From assembly GCA_016193465.1 (NCBI GenBank), contig JACPSE010000006.1:13684-77683 (forward strand): a stretch of 64,000 nucleotides of DNA. Reading direction: 5' to 3'. The notes under the pieces were generated by a model that was not told the DNA's origin, ran no database searches, and saw only the letters and a program-made list of their open reading frames with translations. The stretch is from Deltaproteobacteria bacterium (GTDB lineage Bacteria > Desulfobacterota > Binatia > UBA9968). Below, in pieces: positions 34,282 through 43,800 of the stretch (within the stretch, counting starts at the first letter, position 1; every line of letters starts with the position of its first letter). Made by a program: the position numbers and the translations under genes.

Positions 34282-36489
34282 ATGGCACAGCAACAATTTT
34301 CCACTGTTGGAAAGAAAATCCCTCGGATCGACGCTTACGAACGGGTCACAGGACAGGCGCAATACGCCGGCGATGTCCAGCATCCCGGCATGCTCTACGC
34401 CTGTGTGCTAAGAAGCCCGCATCCGCACGCGCGGATCGCAAGCATCGATACCTCGAAGGCTGAAAAGGTCCCGGGCGTAAAGGCGATTATCCACCATAGG
34501 AATGCCGAGGTGCGCTGGTCGAGCGGCGGAGCGACCGCGCCGCGCTATATCTTCAATAACCCCGTTCGCTATGTGGGCGATTCCGTAGCGGCGGTCGCCG
34601 CTACGGACCGCCATATCGCCGAGGACGCACTCGGGCTCATCGAGGTGAAGTACGAAAATCTCCCCTATGTGCTGGATGCCAAAGAGGCGCTCAAACCCGA
34701 CGCTCCCAAGATCTATCCCAAAGGAAACCTCTCAGTCGGGGACGGCAGCACTAGCGCCCCCATTACAGAGCAGTGGGGCGACCTGGAGAAAGGGTTCAAA
34801 GAGGCCGACAGGATCTTCGAAGACACCTACATCACCAAGCACGTCAACAACGCGCAGCTCGAGCGCAGGGCAAGCGTGGCCAAGTGGGAGGGAGGCAAGC
34901 TCACGGTCTGGGCTTCCACTCAAGGCGCTTCCAACGCTCGTAGGGATATTGCCAAGGACTTGGGCCTGCCCCTCAGCAAAGTGCGGGTGATCTGCAAATA
35001 TATGGGCGGGGGCTTCGGCAACAAGAATCAGGCCCAGGACTACGATCTCATGGCTGCGGTTTTAGCCAAAGCTACCGGCCAGCCGGTGAAGCTCGAATTC
35101 ACCCGTGAAGACGATTTTATCGGCATGCATGGCCGCTGGGCGTCGGAGCAACACTACAAGGCTGGAGTCAAGAAAGACGGCACGATCACTGCAGTCGAGC
35201 TAAATGCCGTCACCAACGTGGGCGCCTACCGAAAATCAAGCGGAAACTTAAGCGGCACCGACTTCTACCAGATACCTAACTTCAAAAAGGTGGTAAACCC
35301 GGTCCATACCAATACCGTGGTTGCCGCCAACTACCGCGCGCCGGCATATCCGCAGTCGGTCTTCGGCTTTGCCTCTTTTCTCGATCAGATTGCCCACGAT
35401 ATGGGGATCAACCCGCTGGAGATGTTCCTGAAGAACCGGATTCGCATGTATAAGAGCAAGAGCCCTTTTACGTCGAACGCCTTGGAGGAGTGCATCGTCG
35501 AGGGGGCGAAGAGGATCGGCTGGAATGAAAAATGGCACAAGCCCGGGGCCTCTTCCGGAGCCAAAAAGCACGGCATAGGAATGGCCCTGGGCGGCTATCC
35601 TTTCCGGCCTGGTCTTGGCGCAGCTACCATCAGGGTTAATGCGGACGGGACCGCCCATCTGCTTGTCGGCGTCGTCGACATCGGCACCGGGGCTAAGAGC
35701 ACTATGGCGATCATCGCCTCGGAAGCCCTGGGGATCCCCCTGAATCAGATCCAGGTCACCAACGGCGACACGGATGTCACGCCGTATTGTGTAGGCGAGT
35801 CTGGAAGCCGCTGCACCTCCTTCACCGGACCGGCTGTGATCGCCGCAGCAGAGGATGTTAGGAGGCTGATCTTTAACGCCGCCGCGCCGCAGCTAAAAGC
35901 CAAACCGGAAGATTTGGATTTGAAGGATGGCAAGGTCTTCATAAAAGCCAATCCCTCCCAAAGCCTCCCTTTGAGCCGGGCTGTTGCAAGATCCGGCGAG
36001 CTTATTGGCCGCGCGACAACCAATCCTGCTTTTAAGGGCGTCCAGGGGAAGAGCTTTGCCGCCCACTTCGCTGAAGTAGAAGTGGACACCTGGACCGGCC
36101 ACGTCAAGGTTACGAGATACGTCGCCGCCCACGACAGTGGGACGATTCTCAATCGGCTCCCCGCTGAAAGCCAGATCAAGGGTGGCGTGGTGCAGGGGAT
36201 CGGCATGGCCCTGACCGAGGAACTCCTCATCGACAGGCCAACTGCGATACCGCTGAATCCGAGTTACCGTGATGCCAAGGTCCCCACTCACCTAGAGGCG
36301 CCGGAGGTTGAGGTGATCTTCATCGAGCCTTATGATCCCTACGGTCCTTTCGGGGGCAAGTCACTCGGAGAACCTCCGATCACGGCAGCCGTGGCCACAG
36401 TTGGCAATGCCATCTTTAACGCGACGGGCAAGAGATTCAAGGAGCTACCCATTACGCCGGACAAGATCCTGCATGCGGTCCAAGTCTGA
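34282..36489 (+). CDS. Xanthine dehydrogenase-family molybdopterin-binding subunit
   Basis: RSPHPHARI, MGGGFG, YRAP, DIGTG and GGKSLGE motifs. Confidence 0.95.
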   Translation: MAQQQFSTVGKKIPRIDAYERVTGQAQYAGDVQHPGMLYACVLRSPHPHARIASIDTSKAEKVPGVKAIIHHRNAEVRWSSGGATAPRYIFNNPVRYVGDSVAAVAATDRHIAEDALGLIEVKYENLPYVLDAKEALKPDAPKIYPKGNLSVGDGSTSAPITEQWGDLEKGFKEADRIFEDTYITKHVNNAQLERRASVAKWEGGKLTVWASTQGASNARRDIAKDLGLPLSKVRVICKYMGGGFGNKNQAQDYDLMAAVLAKATGQPVKLEFTREDDFIGMHGRWASEQHYKAGVKKDGTITAVELNAVTNVGAYRKSSGNLSGTDFYQIPNFKKVVNPVHTNTVVAANYRAPAYPQSVFGFASFLDQIAHDMGINPLEMFLKNRIRMYKSKSPFTSNALEECIVEGAKRIGWNEKWHKPGASSGAKKHGIGMALGGYPFRPGLGAATIRVNADGTAHLLVGVVDIGTGAKSTMAIIASEALGIPLNQIQVTNGDTDVTPYCVGESGSRCTSFTGPAVIAAAEDVRRLIFNAAAPQLKAKPEDLDLKDGKVFIKANPSQSLPLSRAVARSGELIGRATTNPAFKGVQGKSFAAHFAEVEVDTWTGHVKVTRYVAAHDSGTILNRLPAESQIKGGVVQGIGMALTEELLIDRPTAIPLNPSYRDAKVPTHLEAPEVEVIFIEPYDPYGPFGGKSLGEPPITAAVATVGNAIFNATGKRFKELPITPDKILHAVQV

Positions 36490-36506
36490 TCTAGGAGGGA
36501 GAGGCC

Positions 36507-37490
36507 ATGAAAAGCTTCGCAAATATCGATGTTAAGAGCGTGAGGGAGGCGGTCACCCTTTTGCAAAAGTTACATCAGGAGAAAAAGAGCGCCGAGATCG
36601 TCTCTGGCGGGACCGAGCTCTTGCAGCTCATGAAGGATCGCGTTGCCACGCCTCAATACCTGATCAACCTAAAGACCATTCCCGGTCTCAACTACATCAA
36701 AGAAGAGAGAAGCGGCTTTCGCATCGGCGCTCTGACAACCTTGACGGAGATCGAAGAGCACAAAGGCGTTCGAGAAAAACTCCTCTTTCTCTCCCAGGCC
36801 GCCGGCGAGGCCGCCTCCCCTCAGCTACGGAACGCCGGCACCATCGGGGGAAATATCTGCCAGCGACCTTTCTGCTGGTATTTCCGCTCCGCTAATTTTC
36901 CCTGCCTGCGCAAAGGCGGCGGGATCTGTTACGCTGTTGCCGGAGATAACCGCTACCATGCCATTTTAGGGGGCGGGCCGAGCTATATCGTTCACCCCTC
37001 TGATACCGCTCCAGCCCTCATCGCCCTGGGGGCAAGAATAAAGATCACCGGACCGGCGGGAGAAAAGACGATCCCATTAGAAAAGTTCTTCGTCCTCCCG
37101 CAGGTGGATTACAAACGAGAAAACATCCTCCAGCCGGGGGAGATTCTAACTGAGGTTCAGATTCCCCATCCCAAGCCCGGGAGCAAGGGCTTCTACCACA
37201 AAGTGCGCGAGCGGCAGGCTTGGGACCACGCCATCGTGAGCGTGTCGACCGTGGTTCAGAGCAAAGGCGGGATTTGTCAGGATGCCCATGTAGTCTTAGG
37301 TGGCGTGGCGCCGATTCCCTGGCGCGCTGCCAAGGCGGAAGCATTCCTGCGCGGGAAAAAGGTTGACGAGGGCACAGCCCGGCAGGTGGGTGAAATCGCC
37401 TTGGACGGCGCAAGACCCATGAAAGACAACGTCTACAAAATAGGCATGGCAAAGTCCTTGATCCAAAGGGCGCTGCTGGCGTCTGTGTAG
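36507..37490 (+). CDS. Xanthine dehydrogenase-family FAD-binding subunit
   Basis: SGGTEL, RNAGTIGGN, CWYFR, HPSD and GGVAPIPWR motifs. Confidence 0.95.
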   Translation: MKSFANIDVKSVREAVTLLQKLHQEKKSAEIVSGGTELLQLMKDRVATPQYLINLKTIPGLNYIKEERSGFRIGALTTLTEIEEHKGVREKLLFLSQAAGEAASPQLRNAGTIGGNICQRPFCWYFRSANFPCLRKGGGICYAVAGDNRYHAILGGGPSYIVHPSDTAPALIALGARIKITGPAGEKTIPLEKFFVLPQVDYKRENILQPGEILTEVQIPHPKPGSKGFYHKVRERQAWDHAIVSVSTVVQSKGGICQDAHVVLGGVAPIPWRAAKAEAFLRGKKVDEGTARQVGEIALDGARPMKDNVYKIGMAKSLIQRALLASV

Positions 37491-37538
37491 CTTTGGGGTT
37501 GTCCTGTGCCTTCTACCTTTAAGTAAGTCACGTCCCCG

Positions 37539-38708
37539 ATGAGCAAGCCGTCCCACGATCCCGATGCATTTGCCGAACTGCGCGACGCGGTGGCCGCGCT
37601 CTGCAGCCGGTTTACCGGCGAATACTGGCGCAAGATTGACGAGGAGCGCAGCTATCCGGAACTATTCGTCAAGGCACTGACCGATGCAGGCTACCTCGCC
37701 GCGTTGATTCCGGAGGAATACGGCGGCTCCGGGCTCGGGGTAACTGAGGCCTCGATTATCCTCGAAGCGATCAATCGGTCGGGCGGTAATTCCGCCGTGT
37801 GCCACGGCCAGATGTACACCATGGGCACGATCCTGCGCCACGGCTCGAAGGAACAGAAGGCGAAATACCTGCCTAAAGTGGCCAGCGGGGAGCTCAGACT
37901 GCAGGCCTTTGCCGTGACCGAGCCTACTACCGGCACCGATACCACCCGGCTCAAGACCGCGGCGGTGCGCAAAGGCGACCATTATGTGGTCAATGGGCAG
38001 AAGGTGTGGATCTCACGCGTGCTGTATTCCGATATGATGCTGCTGCTCGCGCGCACCACGCCCTTCGACCAGGTGAAGAAGAAATCCGACGGTCTGTCGG
38101 TGTTTCTGGTCGACCTGCGCGAGGCGGTCGGCAAGGGCCTTACCGTAAAGCCGATCCGCAACATGATGAACGCGCAGACCAACGAGCTGTTTTTCGACGA
38201 TCTCAAGGTGCCGGCAGAAAACCTGATCGGCGAGGAGGGCAAGGGCTTCAAGTGCATCCTCGACGGCATGAACGCCGAGCGCGTCCTGATCGCCGCCGAG
38301 TGCATCGGCGACGGCTACTGGTTCGTCGAAAAGGCGACCAACTACGCCAAGCAGCGCGTGGTGTTCGGCCGGCCGATCGGCCAGAACCAGGGCATCCAGT
38401 TCCCGATCGCGCGCGCCTACGTCAACGTGCAGGCGGCGGATCTGATGCGTTACAAGGCGGCGCGGCTGTTCGACGAGGGCAAGCCGTGCGGCGCGGAGGC
38501 GAATATGGCGAAATTGCTCGCGGCCGATGCTTCGTGGGAAGCAGCCGACGTCGCCATGCAGACGCACGGTGGTTTTGGCTTTGCCGCCGAATACGACATC
38601 GAGCGCAAGTTCCGCGAAACCAAGCTGTTCCAGATCGCGCCGATCTCAACCAACTTGATTCTGTCCTACATCGGCGAGCACGTGCTTGGCCTTCCGCGGT
38701 CATTCTAA
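37539..38708 (+). CDS. Acyl-CoA dehydrogenase (methylsuccinyl-CoA dehydrogenase-like by context)
   Basis: FAVTEPTTGTDT, NGQKVWIS, VFGRPIGQNQGIQF and HGGFG motifs. Confidence 0.93.
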   Translation: MSKPSHDPDAFAELRDAVAALCSRFTGEYWRKIDEERSYPELFVKALTDAGYLAALIPEEYGGSGLGVTEASIILEAINRSGGNSAVCHGQMYTMGTILRHGSKEQKAKYLPKVASGELRLQAFAVTEPTTGTDTTRLKTAAVRKGDHYVVNGQKVWISRVLYSDMMLLLARTTPFDQVKKKSDGLSVFLVDLREAVGKGLTVKPIRNMMNAQTNELFFDDLKVPAENLIGEEGKGFKCILDGMNAERVLIAAECIGDGYWFVEKATNYAKQRVVFGRPIGQNQGIQFPIARAYVNVQAADLMRYKAARLFDEGKPCGAEANMAKLLAADASWEAADVAMQTHGGFGFAAEYDIERKFRETKLFQIAPISTNLILSYIGEHVLGLPRSF

Positions 38709-38712
38709 AGCG

Positions 38713-38815
38713 TTCACCGCAGAGAACCTGGAGGACGCAGAGTCTATGAATCATTCTGAAAAAGTCTTGGCGTCCCTGGCGGCTCGCCGTTTGCCGTTTA
38801 CCGTTCACAGTAGCT
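38713..38815. repeat. Intergenic short-period repeat element (9-bp CGCAGAG-type and 7-bp CCGTT-type units)
   Basis: TTCACCGCAGAGAACCTGGAGGACGCAGAG...GGCGTCCCTGGCGG...CGCCGTTTGCCGTTTACCGTTCAC. Confidence 0.6.
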
Positions 38816-38818
38816 GAC

Positions 38819-39997
38819 ATGCGCCCCCTAGACGGCATCAGGGTAATTGCCTTCGAGCATGCGGTGGCGGCGCCGTTCGCCACGCGCCAGCTTGCGGACC
38901 TGGGCGCGCGCGTCATCAAGATCGAGCGCCCCAAAGTCGGCGATTTCGCGCGCGACTACGACAACACCGTTAAGGGCATGTCCTCGCATTTCGTGTGGCT
39001 TAACCGCTCCAAGGAAAGCCTTACGCTCGATCTCAAGCACCCGCGTGCCACGCAAATCCTCGAACGGCTGCTTGAGCGTGCGGACGTGGTGATCCAGAAC
39101 CTCGCGCCCGGGGCGGCGCGACGGCTCGGGCTCAGCGCCGAATCGCTGCTGCCGAAGTATCCCCGGCTCATCGTGTGCGACCTGTCGGGCTACGGGGATG
39201 CCGGGCCGTACGCGACAAAAAAGGCATACGATCTGCTGGTGCAAAGCGAAAGTGGCGCGCTGTCGGTAACCGGCACCGCCGACACCCCGAGCAAAGTCGG
39301 CATTTCCATCGCCGACATCGCGACCGGCATGTACGCCTATTGCGGCATTCTCACGGCGCTGTACCAGCGCGAGAAATCTGGCAAAGGCATACGCATCGAG
39401 GTCACCATGTTCGAGGCGCTGACCGAGTGGATGGGTTACCCGCTTTATTACACGCATTTCGGCGGCAAGGCACCGGCCCGCACTGGTCCCGACCACGCGA
39501 CGATCGTGCCGTATGGCCGTTATCAAACTGGCGACGGCAAGAGCGTGATGCTCGGGTTGCAGAACGAGCGCGAGTGGGCGGTGTTCTGCGAGCAAGTGCT
39601 GCTGCAGCCCGAAGTCGCGCAAGACCCGCGCTACGACTCTAACTCGAAGCGCGCTGCCAGGCGGGCCGAGATTAACGCGCTGATCGGCAAGGTCTTCGCG
39701 ATGCTTACTGCCGAACAGTTGAGCGAGCGTCTTGATGCGTCAGGTATCGCCAATGCGCGCATGAACACGCCGGACGAAGTGTGGGAGCATCCGCAATTAA
39801 AAGCCCGCAATCGCTGGCGCGAGATGGACTCGCCGGCCGGGCCGTTGGCGACGCTGCTGCCGCCGGTGACGATGCCGGATTTCGAGGCGCGCATGGATGC
39901 GGTGCCCGCGCTGGGCGAACACACCGAGCGCATCCTGGACGAGTTGGGTTACAGTAGCGGGGATATCGCCGCGCTGCGGGAAGCAGGCGCGGTGTAG
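38819..39997 (+). CDS. Class III CoA-transferase (CaiB/BaiF family)
   Basis: PLDGIRVI, LADLGARVIKIE, NRSKESL, IADIATG and PALGEHT motifs. Confidence 0.95.
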   Translation: MRPLDGIRVIAFEHAVAAPFATRQLADLGARVIKIERPKVGDFARDYDNTVKGMSSHFVWLNRSKESLTLDLKHPRATQILERLLERADVVIQNLAPGAARRLGLSAESLLPKYPRLIVCDLSGYGDAGPYATKKAYDLLVQSESGALSVTGTADTPSKVGISIADIATGMYAYCGILTALYQREKSGKGIRIEVTMFEALTEWMGYPLYYTHFGGKAPARTGPDHATIVPYGRYQTGDGKSVMLGLQNEREWAVFCEQVLLQPEVAQDPRYDSNSKRAARRAEINALIGKVFAMLTAEQLSERLDASGIANARMNTPDEVWEHPQLKARNRWREMDSPAGPLATLLPPVTMPDFEARMDAVPALGEHTERILDELGYSSGDIAALREAGAV

Positions 39998-40032
39998 GTT
40001 GCATCAGCGCCAGGACAGTCTGGAGGATCAAC

Positions 40033-41436
40033 ATGGACTGGCCGGTCGGAGCAAAGAAGCAGCAGGCCGCCGTGCCACCGACCCAAGTGCTGTCGGAATT
40101 CCTTGCGGCGATCCGCTATGAGGATCTGCCGCAGGACGTTGTAGCGCGCACTGAGGAACTCTTTCTCGACTGGTTTGCTTCGGCGCTTGCCGGGAAAGGC
40201 GCGCGGCCGGTGCGGGTGCTGGAAAAATTTGCCGCACAGATGGGACCGGCGAGCGGGCCAGCCGAGGTCCTGACATCGCGTAAACGCACGTCGTCGCTAT
40301 TCGCTGCGCTCGTGAACGGCGCAGCGTCGCATGTGGTGGAGCAGGACGACATCCACAACGGGGCGGTGCTGCATCCCGGTGCAGTTGTTTTTCCTGCGGT
40401 GCTGGCTGCAGCGCAGGAAACCGGCGCCTCAGGCAAGGAATTCATCGCAGCAGCCGTCGCCGGATATGAAGCGGGCATTCGCATTGGCGAGTTTCTGGGC
40501 CGCTCACACTACAAGGTGTTTCATACCACCGGCACGGCGGGCACCCTTGCCGCCGCCGCGGGTGCGGCACGGCTGCTCCATCTCGATGCCAGGCGATTGC
40601 AGCACGCATTGGGTTCGGCGGGCACACAGGCAGCCGGACTGTGGGAATTCCTGCGCGACGCCGCCGACTCGAAGCAATTGCACACCGGAAAAGCCGCCGC
40701 CGACGGGTTGCTCGCGGCCTACGTCGCGCGCGACGGCTTCACCGGCGCGCGGCGCATCCTCGAAGGCGAGCAGGGCGTGGCGGCGGGCATGTCCTCCGAC
40801 GCCGAGCCGGGCAAGCTGACCGACGGGCTCGGGTCGCGCTGGGCTTTGCCGGAAACTTCATTCAAGTATCACGCCTCGTGCCGCCACACGCATCCGGCGG
40901 CGGATTCGCTGCTGGAGCTGATGCGCGAGCACAAGCTCAAGGCCGAAGATGTTGCGGCCGTAACTGCACATGTGCATCAGGGCGCGATCGATGTGCTCGG
41001 TCCCATTACCGATCCGCAGACCATCCACCAGTCGAAGTTTTCGATGGGCTTCGTGCTGGCACTGATCGGAAATTACGGTCGGGCGGGACTTGCCGATTTC
41101 ACTGACGAGGCGCTGCGCAACCCGAATCTGCGCGCGTTCCAAGACAAGGTGAAGATGGTGCTCGACCCGGAAATCGACAGCGCCTATCCCGGGCGCTGGA
41201 TGGGGTGGGTGACGGTCCAGACCTACGACGGCCGGCAGCTCGAAAAACACGTGACTTCACCCAAGGGTGATCCCGACAACGCGCTGACGCGGGAAGAGCT
41301 GCAGGAAAAGGCGCTGCGGCTCGCCGCCTACGCCGACGGCGCAACCGACGCTGAAATGGAAAAAGTGATAGTTAGGATCTGGCGGCTGCGTGATGAAGCC
41401 AACGTGCGCGATTTTTTCAGTGCCAATGGATCGTAG
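40033..41436 (+). CDS. MmgE/PrpD family protein
   Basis: AALVNG...DDIH...HPG, FHTTG, K.LHTG and FKYHASCRHTH motifs. Confidence 0.94.
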   Translation: MDWPVGAKKQQAAVPPTQVLSEFLAAIRYEDLPQDVVARTEELFLDWFASALAGKGARPVRVLEKFAAQMGPASGPAEVLTSRKRTSSLFAALVNGAASHVVEQDDIHNGAVLHPGAVVFPAVLAAAQETGASGKEFIAAAVAGYEAGIRIGEFLGRSHYKVFHTTGTAGTLAAAAGAARLLHLDARRLQHALGSAGTQAAGLWEFLRDAADSKQLHTGKAAADGLLAAYVARDGFTGARRILEGEQGVAAGMSSDAEPGKLTDGLGSRWALPETSFKYHASCRHTHPAADSLLELMREHKLKAEDVAAVTAHVHQGAIDVLGPITDPQTIHQSKFSMGFVLALIGNYGRAGLADFTDEALRNPNLRAFQDKVKMVLDPEIDSAYPGRWMGWVTVQTYDGRQLEKHVTSPKGDPDNALTREELQEKALRLAAYADGATDAEMEKVIVRIWRLRDEANVRDFFSANGS

Positions 41437-41498
41437 CCTTGTTGACGGCTGTCAGTGACCTATGTTAGGCAGGATTTCACTCATGAGAGGAGAAACTA

Positions 41499-42647
41499 AT
41501 GTTAGTGTTAACGAATGAGGACGTCGAGCAAGTCCTTACCATGGACGTTTGCCTGCAGGCGGTAGAGGATTGTACGCGCGAGATAGCCCTCGGCAACGTC
41601 ATTCCATGTCTTAGCCGCACGGTGAATCAACCGCTCCCAGGCGCATCTCCAGGTCCAACCGGCCCGGAAAGTACCTCTGCATCCTACATGTTACGCCTGA
41701 TGCCGGTGATTGACCTCCCGGACAATGCTGTGGTCCTCCGTGTGAACTCTACCACGATGCACGTGGTCGAGATGTATGGCGCCAAGCGGCATGTTATTGG
41801 CCGGCCTGGCTCTAAGATGGCAGGTCACCATCGCAGCGAGAAACCTGGCTGGTTATTGCTATTTGATCTTTCTACTGGCTACCTCTTAGCTATGGTGCAG
41901 GACCGTCACGTCCAGACCATGCGCGTCGGCGCTGTGGGAGGTCTAGGTGCCAAGTACATGGCGCGCTCAGACGCCCACACCATTGGGCTTTTAGGCGTCG
42001 GTTGGATGGCAGGGCCACAGCTGCTGGCACACTGTGCTGTACGGAGAATCTCTTCAGTGAGAGTGTTTAGTCCTAATCCCCAGCATCGGCAGATTTTTTC
42101 TAAGCAGATGAGCGAACGGCTTGGAATCGAGGTTCGCCCGGCTCCATCGGCTGAAGAGGCGGTTCGTAGGGCAGACATCGTTATTTCAGCGACAAATAGC
42201 ATTGATCCTACCTTTGATCCTGACTGGGTGGGACCAGGCAGTCACGTCTACTGCGTCACGCCGGGAGAATATGACGAGCGGATGATCAGAAAGGCAGACG
42301 TGATTGCTTGGGCGTATCCTGGTCAGTCAGAACACTCCCATGGAGCTCCTACCAACGTGGCGGACCCGGCCAAGGTCCCCGGTGACCAACGGTACCGCAC
42401 CCACATATGGGGTTTATTGGAGAAGCATACAGGCAAACGCGTGTATTTGACAGATCTCGTGACCGGACGAGCGAAGGGGCGCACCGATGACGGCCAGATT
42501 ACTTTCAATCCCTCTCCTGCTGGAGGCACCGCCGGAATTGCCCGGTTCGCAGTCCTAGTACCGAGGCTATATGAGCTTGCAAAAACGAAGTGTGTTGGAC
42601 ATGACCTGCCGGACGATTGGTTTCGACAGGAGGCGGAACTTTATTGA
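41499..42647 (+). CDS. Ornithine cyclodeaminase/mu-crystallin family protein (copy 1)
   Basis: MLVLTNEDVEQVL, LLFDLSTG..LA...D..VQTMRVGAVGG and ADIVISAT motifs. Confidence 0.85.
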   Translation: MLVLTNEDVEQVLTMDVCLQAVEDCTREIALGNVIPCLSRTVNQPLPGASPGPTGPESTSASYMLRLMPVIDLPDNAVVLRVNSTTMHVVEMYGAKRHVIGRPGSKMAGHHRSEKPGWLLLFDLSTGYLLAMVQDRHVQTMRVGAVGGLGAKYMARSDAHTIGLLGVGWMAGPQLLAHCAVRRISSVRVFSPNPQHRQIFSKQMSERLGIEVRPAPSAEEAVRRADIVISATNSIDPTFDPDWVGPGSHVYCVTPGEYDERMIRKADVIAWAYPGQSEHSHGAPTNVADPAKVPGDQRYRTHIWGLLEKHTGKRVYLTDLVTGRAKGRTDDGQITFNPSPAGGTAGIARFAVLVPRLYELAKTKCVGHDLPDDWFRQEAELY

Positions 42648-42675
42648 ATGAGGAGAAATCGGGCTTTAACGTGGA

Positions 42676-43737
42676 ATGGATAGAAAGGAGACTTCGATGA
42701 GAGGCGCGCGCATGGTCTCAGCTCTGGCAATGGCTCTCTTCTTAGAGGCGATCTTGTACAGTTTCTCTCAAGGGGCCGAAAAACCATTCTATCAAGGGAA
42801 AACGGTCACCATTTTCACTACAGGTTCACCGGGAGGGGGCTTCGACCAATATGCGCGGCTCTTAGCTAAGCATATGCCTAGGTATATCTCTGGACAGCCA
42901 CAGATCATTGTTTCCCCTCTTGGCGGATCCTCAGCCATTATAGAGGGCAACCTAATACAGAGTGCCAAACCGGACGGGCTCACTCTTTTGATGATGCACA
43001 ACCAGCTTTATTTGGAACAGCTTAAAAGAACAGAGGGGGTAAGATTCGACCTCAGTCGACTGACCTGGATAGGAAATGCCGGAACTGACTCGCTAGGCCT
43101 TGTGATGAGGGATCCGTTTGAAACTCTCGAAGAGGTAAGACGCGCCAAAAACCCTCTCAATTTTGGGGCCTCCGTCGGCGGTGCCAGCTATATGTTGCCT
43201 GCTCTTCTTAAAGAGGCTCTCGGGCTGAATTTCAAAATCATCACAGGCTATTCCGGTGGCGAGCGACGGCTAGCGTTGGCGCGGGGCGAGCTGGACGGCA
43301 TCGCTACTTCAGTTGGCTCGGCTTACAGGGAGCTGCGCGACGAGCTTTCTACGGGCCGTGTTCAGTTTGTCATTCAGACAGGCCTGCCAACGAAAGGGGG
43401 TGGCCACGAGCCAGATCCCCATATTTCGAAGGTGCCGCTTGTGCGGGATATGAAGATGTCCCCTGAGGCTGTGGCTTTGACAGAGCTCGTTTTGGGAGCA
43501 CACCTTTATACTAGGCCTTTAGTCGGGCCGCCTGGGATGCCGGAGGACCGAACACGAATCCTTCGAGAGGCCTTCATGAAGGCTCTCGGTGACCCAAATC
43601 TCCTGGCGGATGCCGAAAAGCAGAGGATGAATGCTCTGCCAGTGGATAGCGCAACCATCCAAACCTTCTACCAGAAGCTTATTAATCAACCTCCATCTGT
43701 GGTTAAACAAATAGAGAAAATTTTCGGACCCGGATGA
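42676..43737 (+). CDS. Tripartite tricarboxylate transporter substrate-binding protein (TctC/Bug)
   Basis: FYQGKTV...PGGGFD.YAR, KPDG.TL, GY.GG and PPGMP.DR..ILREAF motifs. Confidence 0.92.
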   Translation: MDRKETSMRGARMVSALAMALFLEAILYSFSQGAEKPFYQGKTVTIFTTGSPGGGFDQYARLLAKHMPRYISGQPQIIVSPLGGSSAIIEGNLIQSAKPDGLTLLMMHNQLYLEQLKRTEGVRFDLSRLTWIGNAGTDSLGLVMRDPFETLEEVRRAKNPLNFGASVGGASYMLPALLKEALGLNFKIITGYSGGERRLALARGELDGIATSVGSAYRELRDELSTGRVQFVIQTGLPTKGGGHEPDPHISKVPLVRDMKMSPEAVALTELVLGAHLYTRPLVGPPGMPEDRTRILREAFMKALGDPNLLADAEKQRMNALPVDSATIQTFYQKLINQPPSVVKQIEKIFGPG

Positions 43738-43800
43738 CGCCCTTGCCCGTCAACTGTAGAGACATGGACTTCTGTCCTCTTAGGGGGGGCGAGTAGCTAT

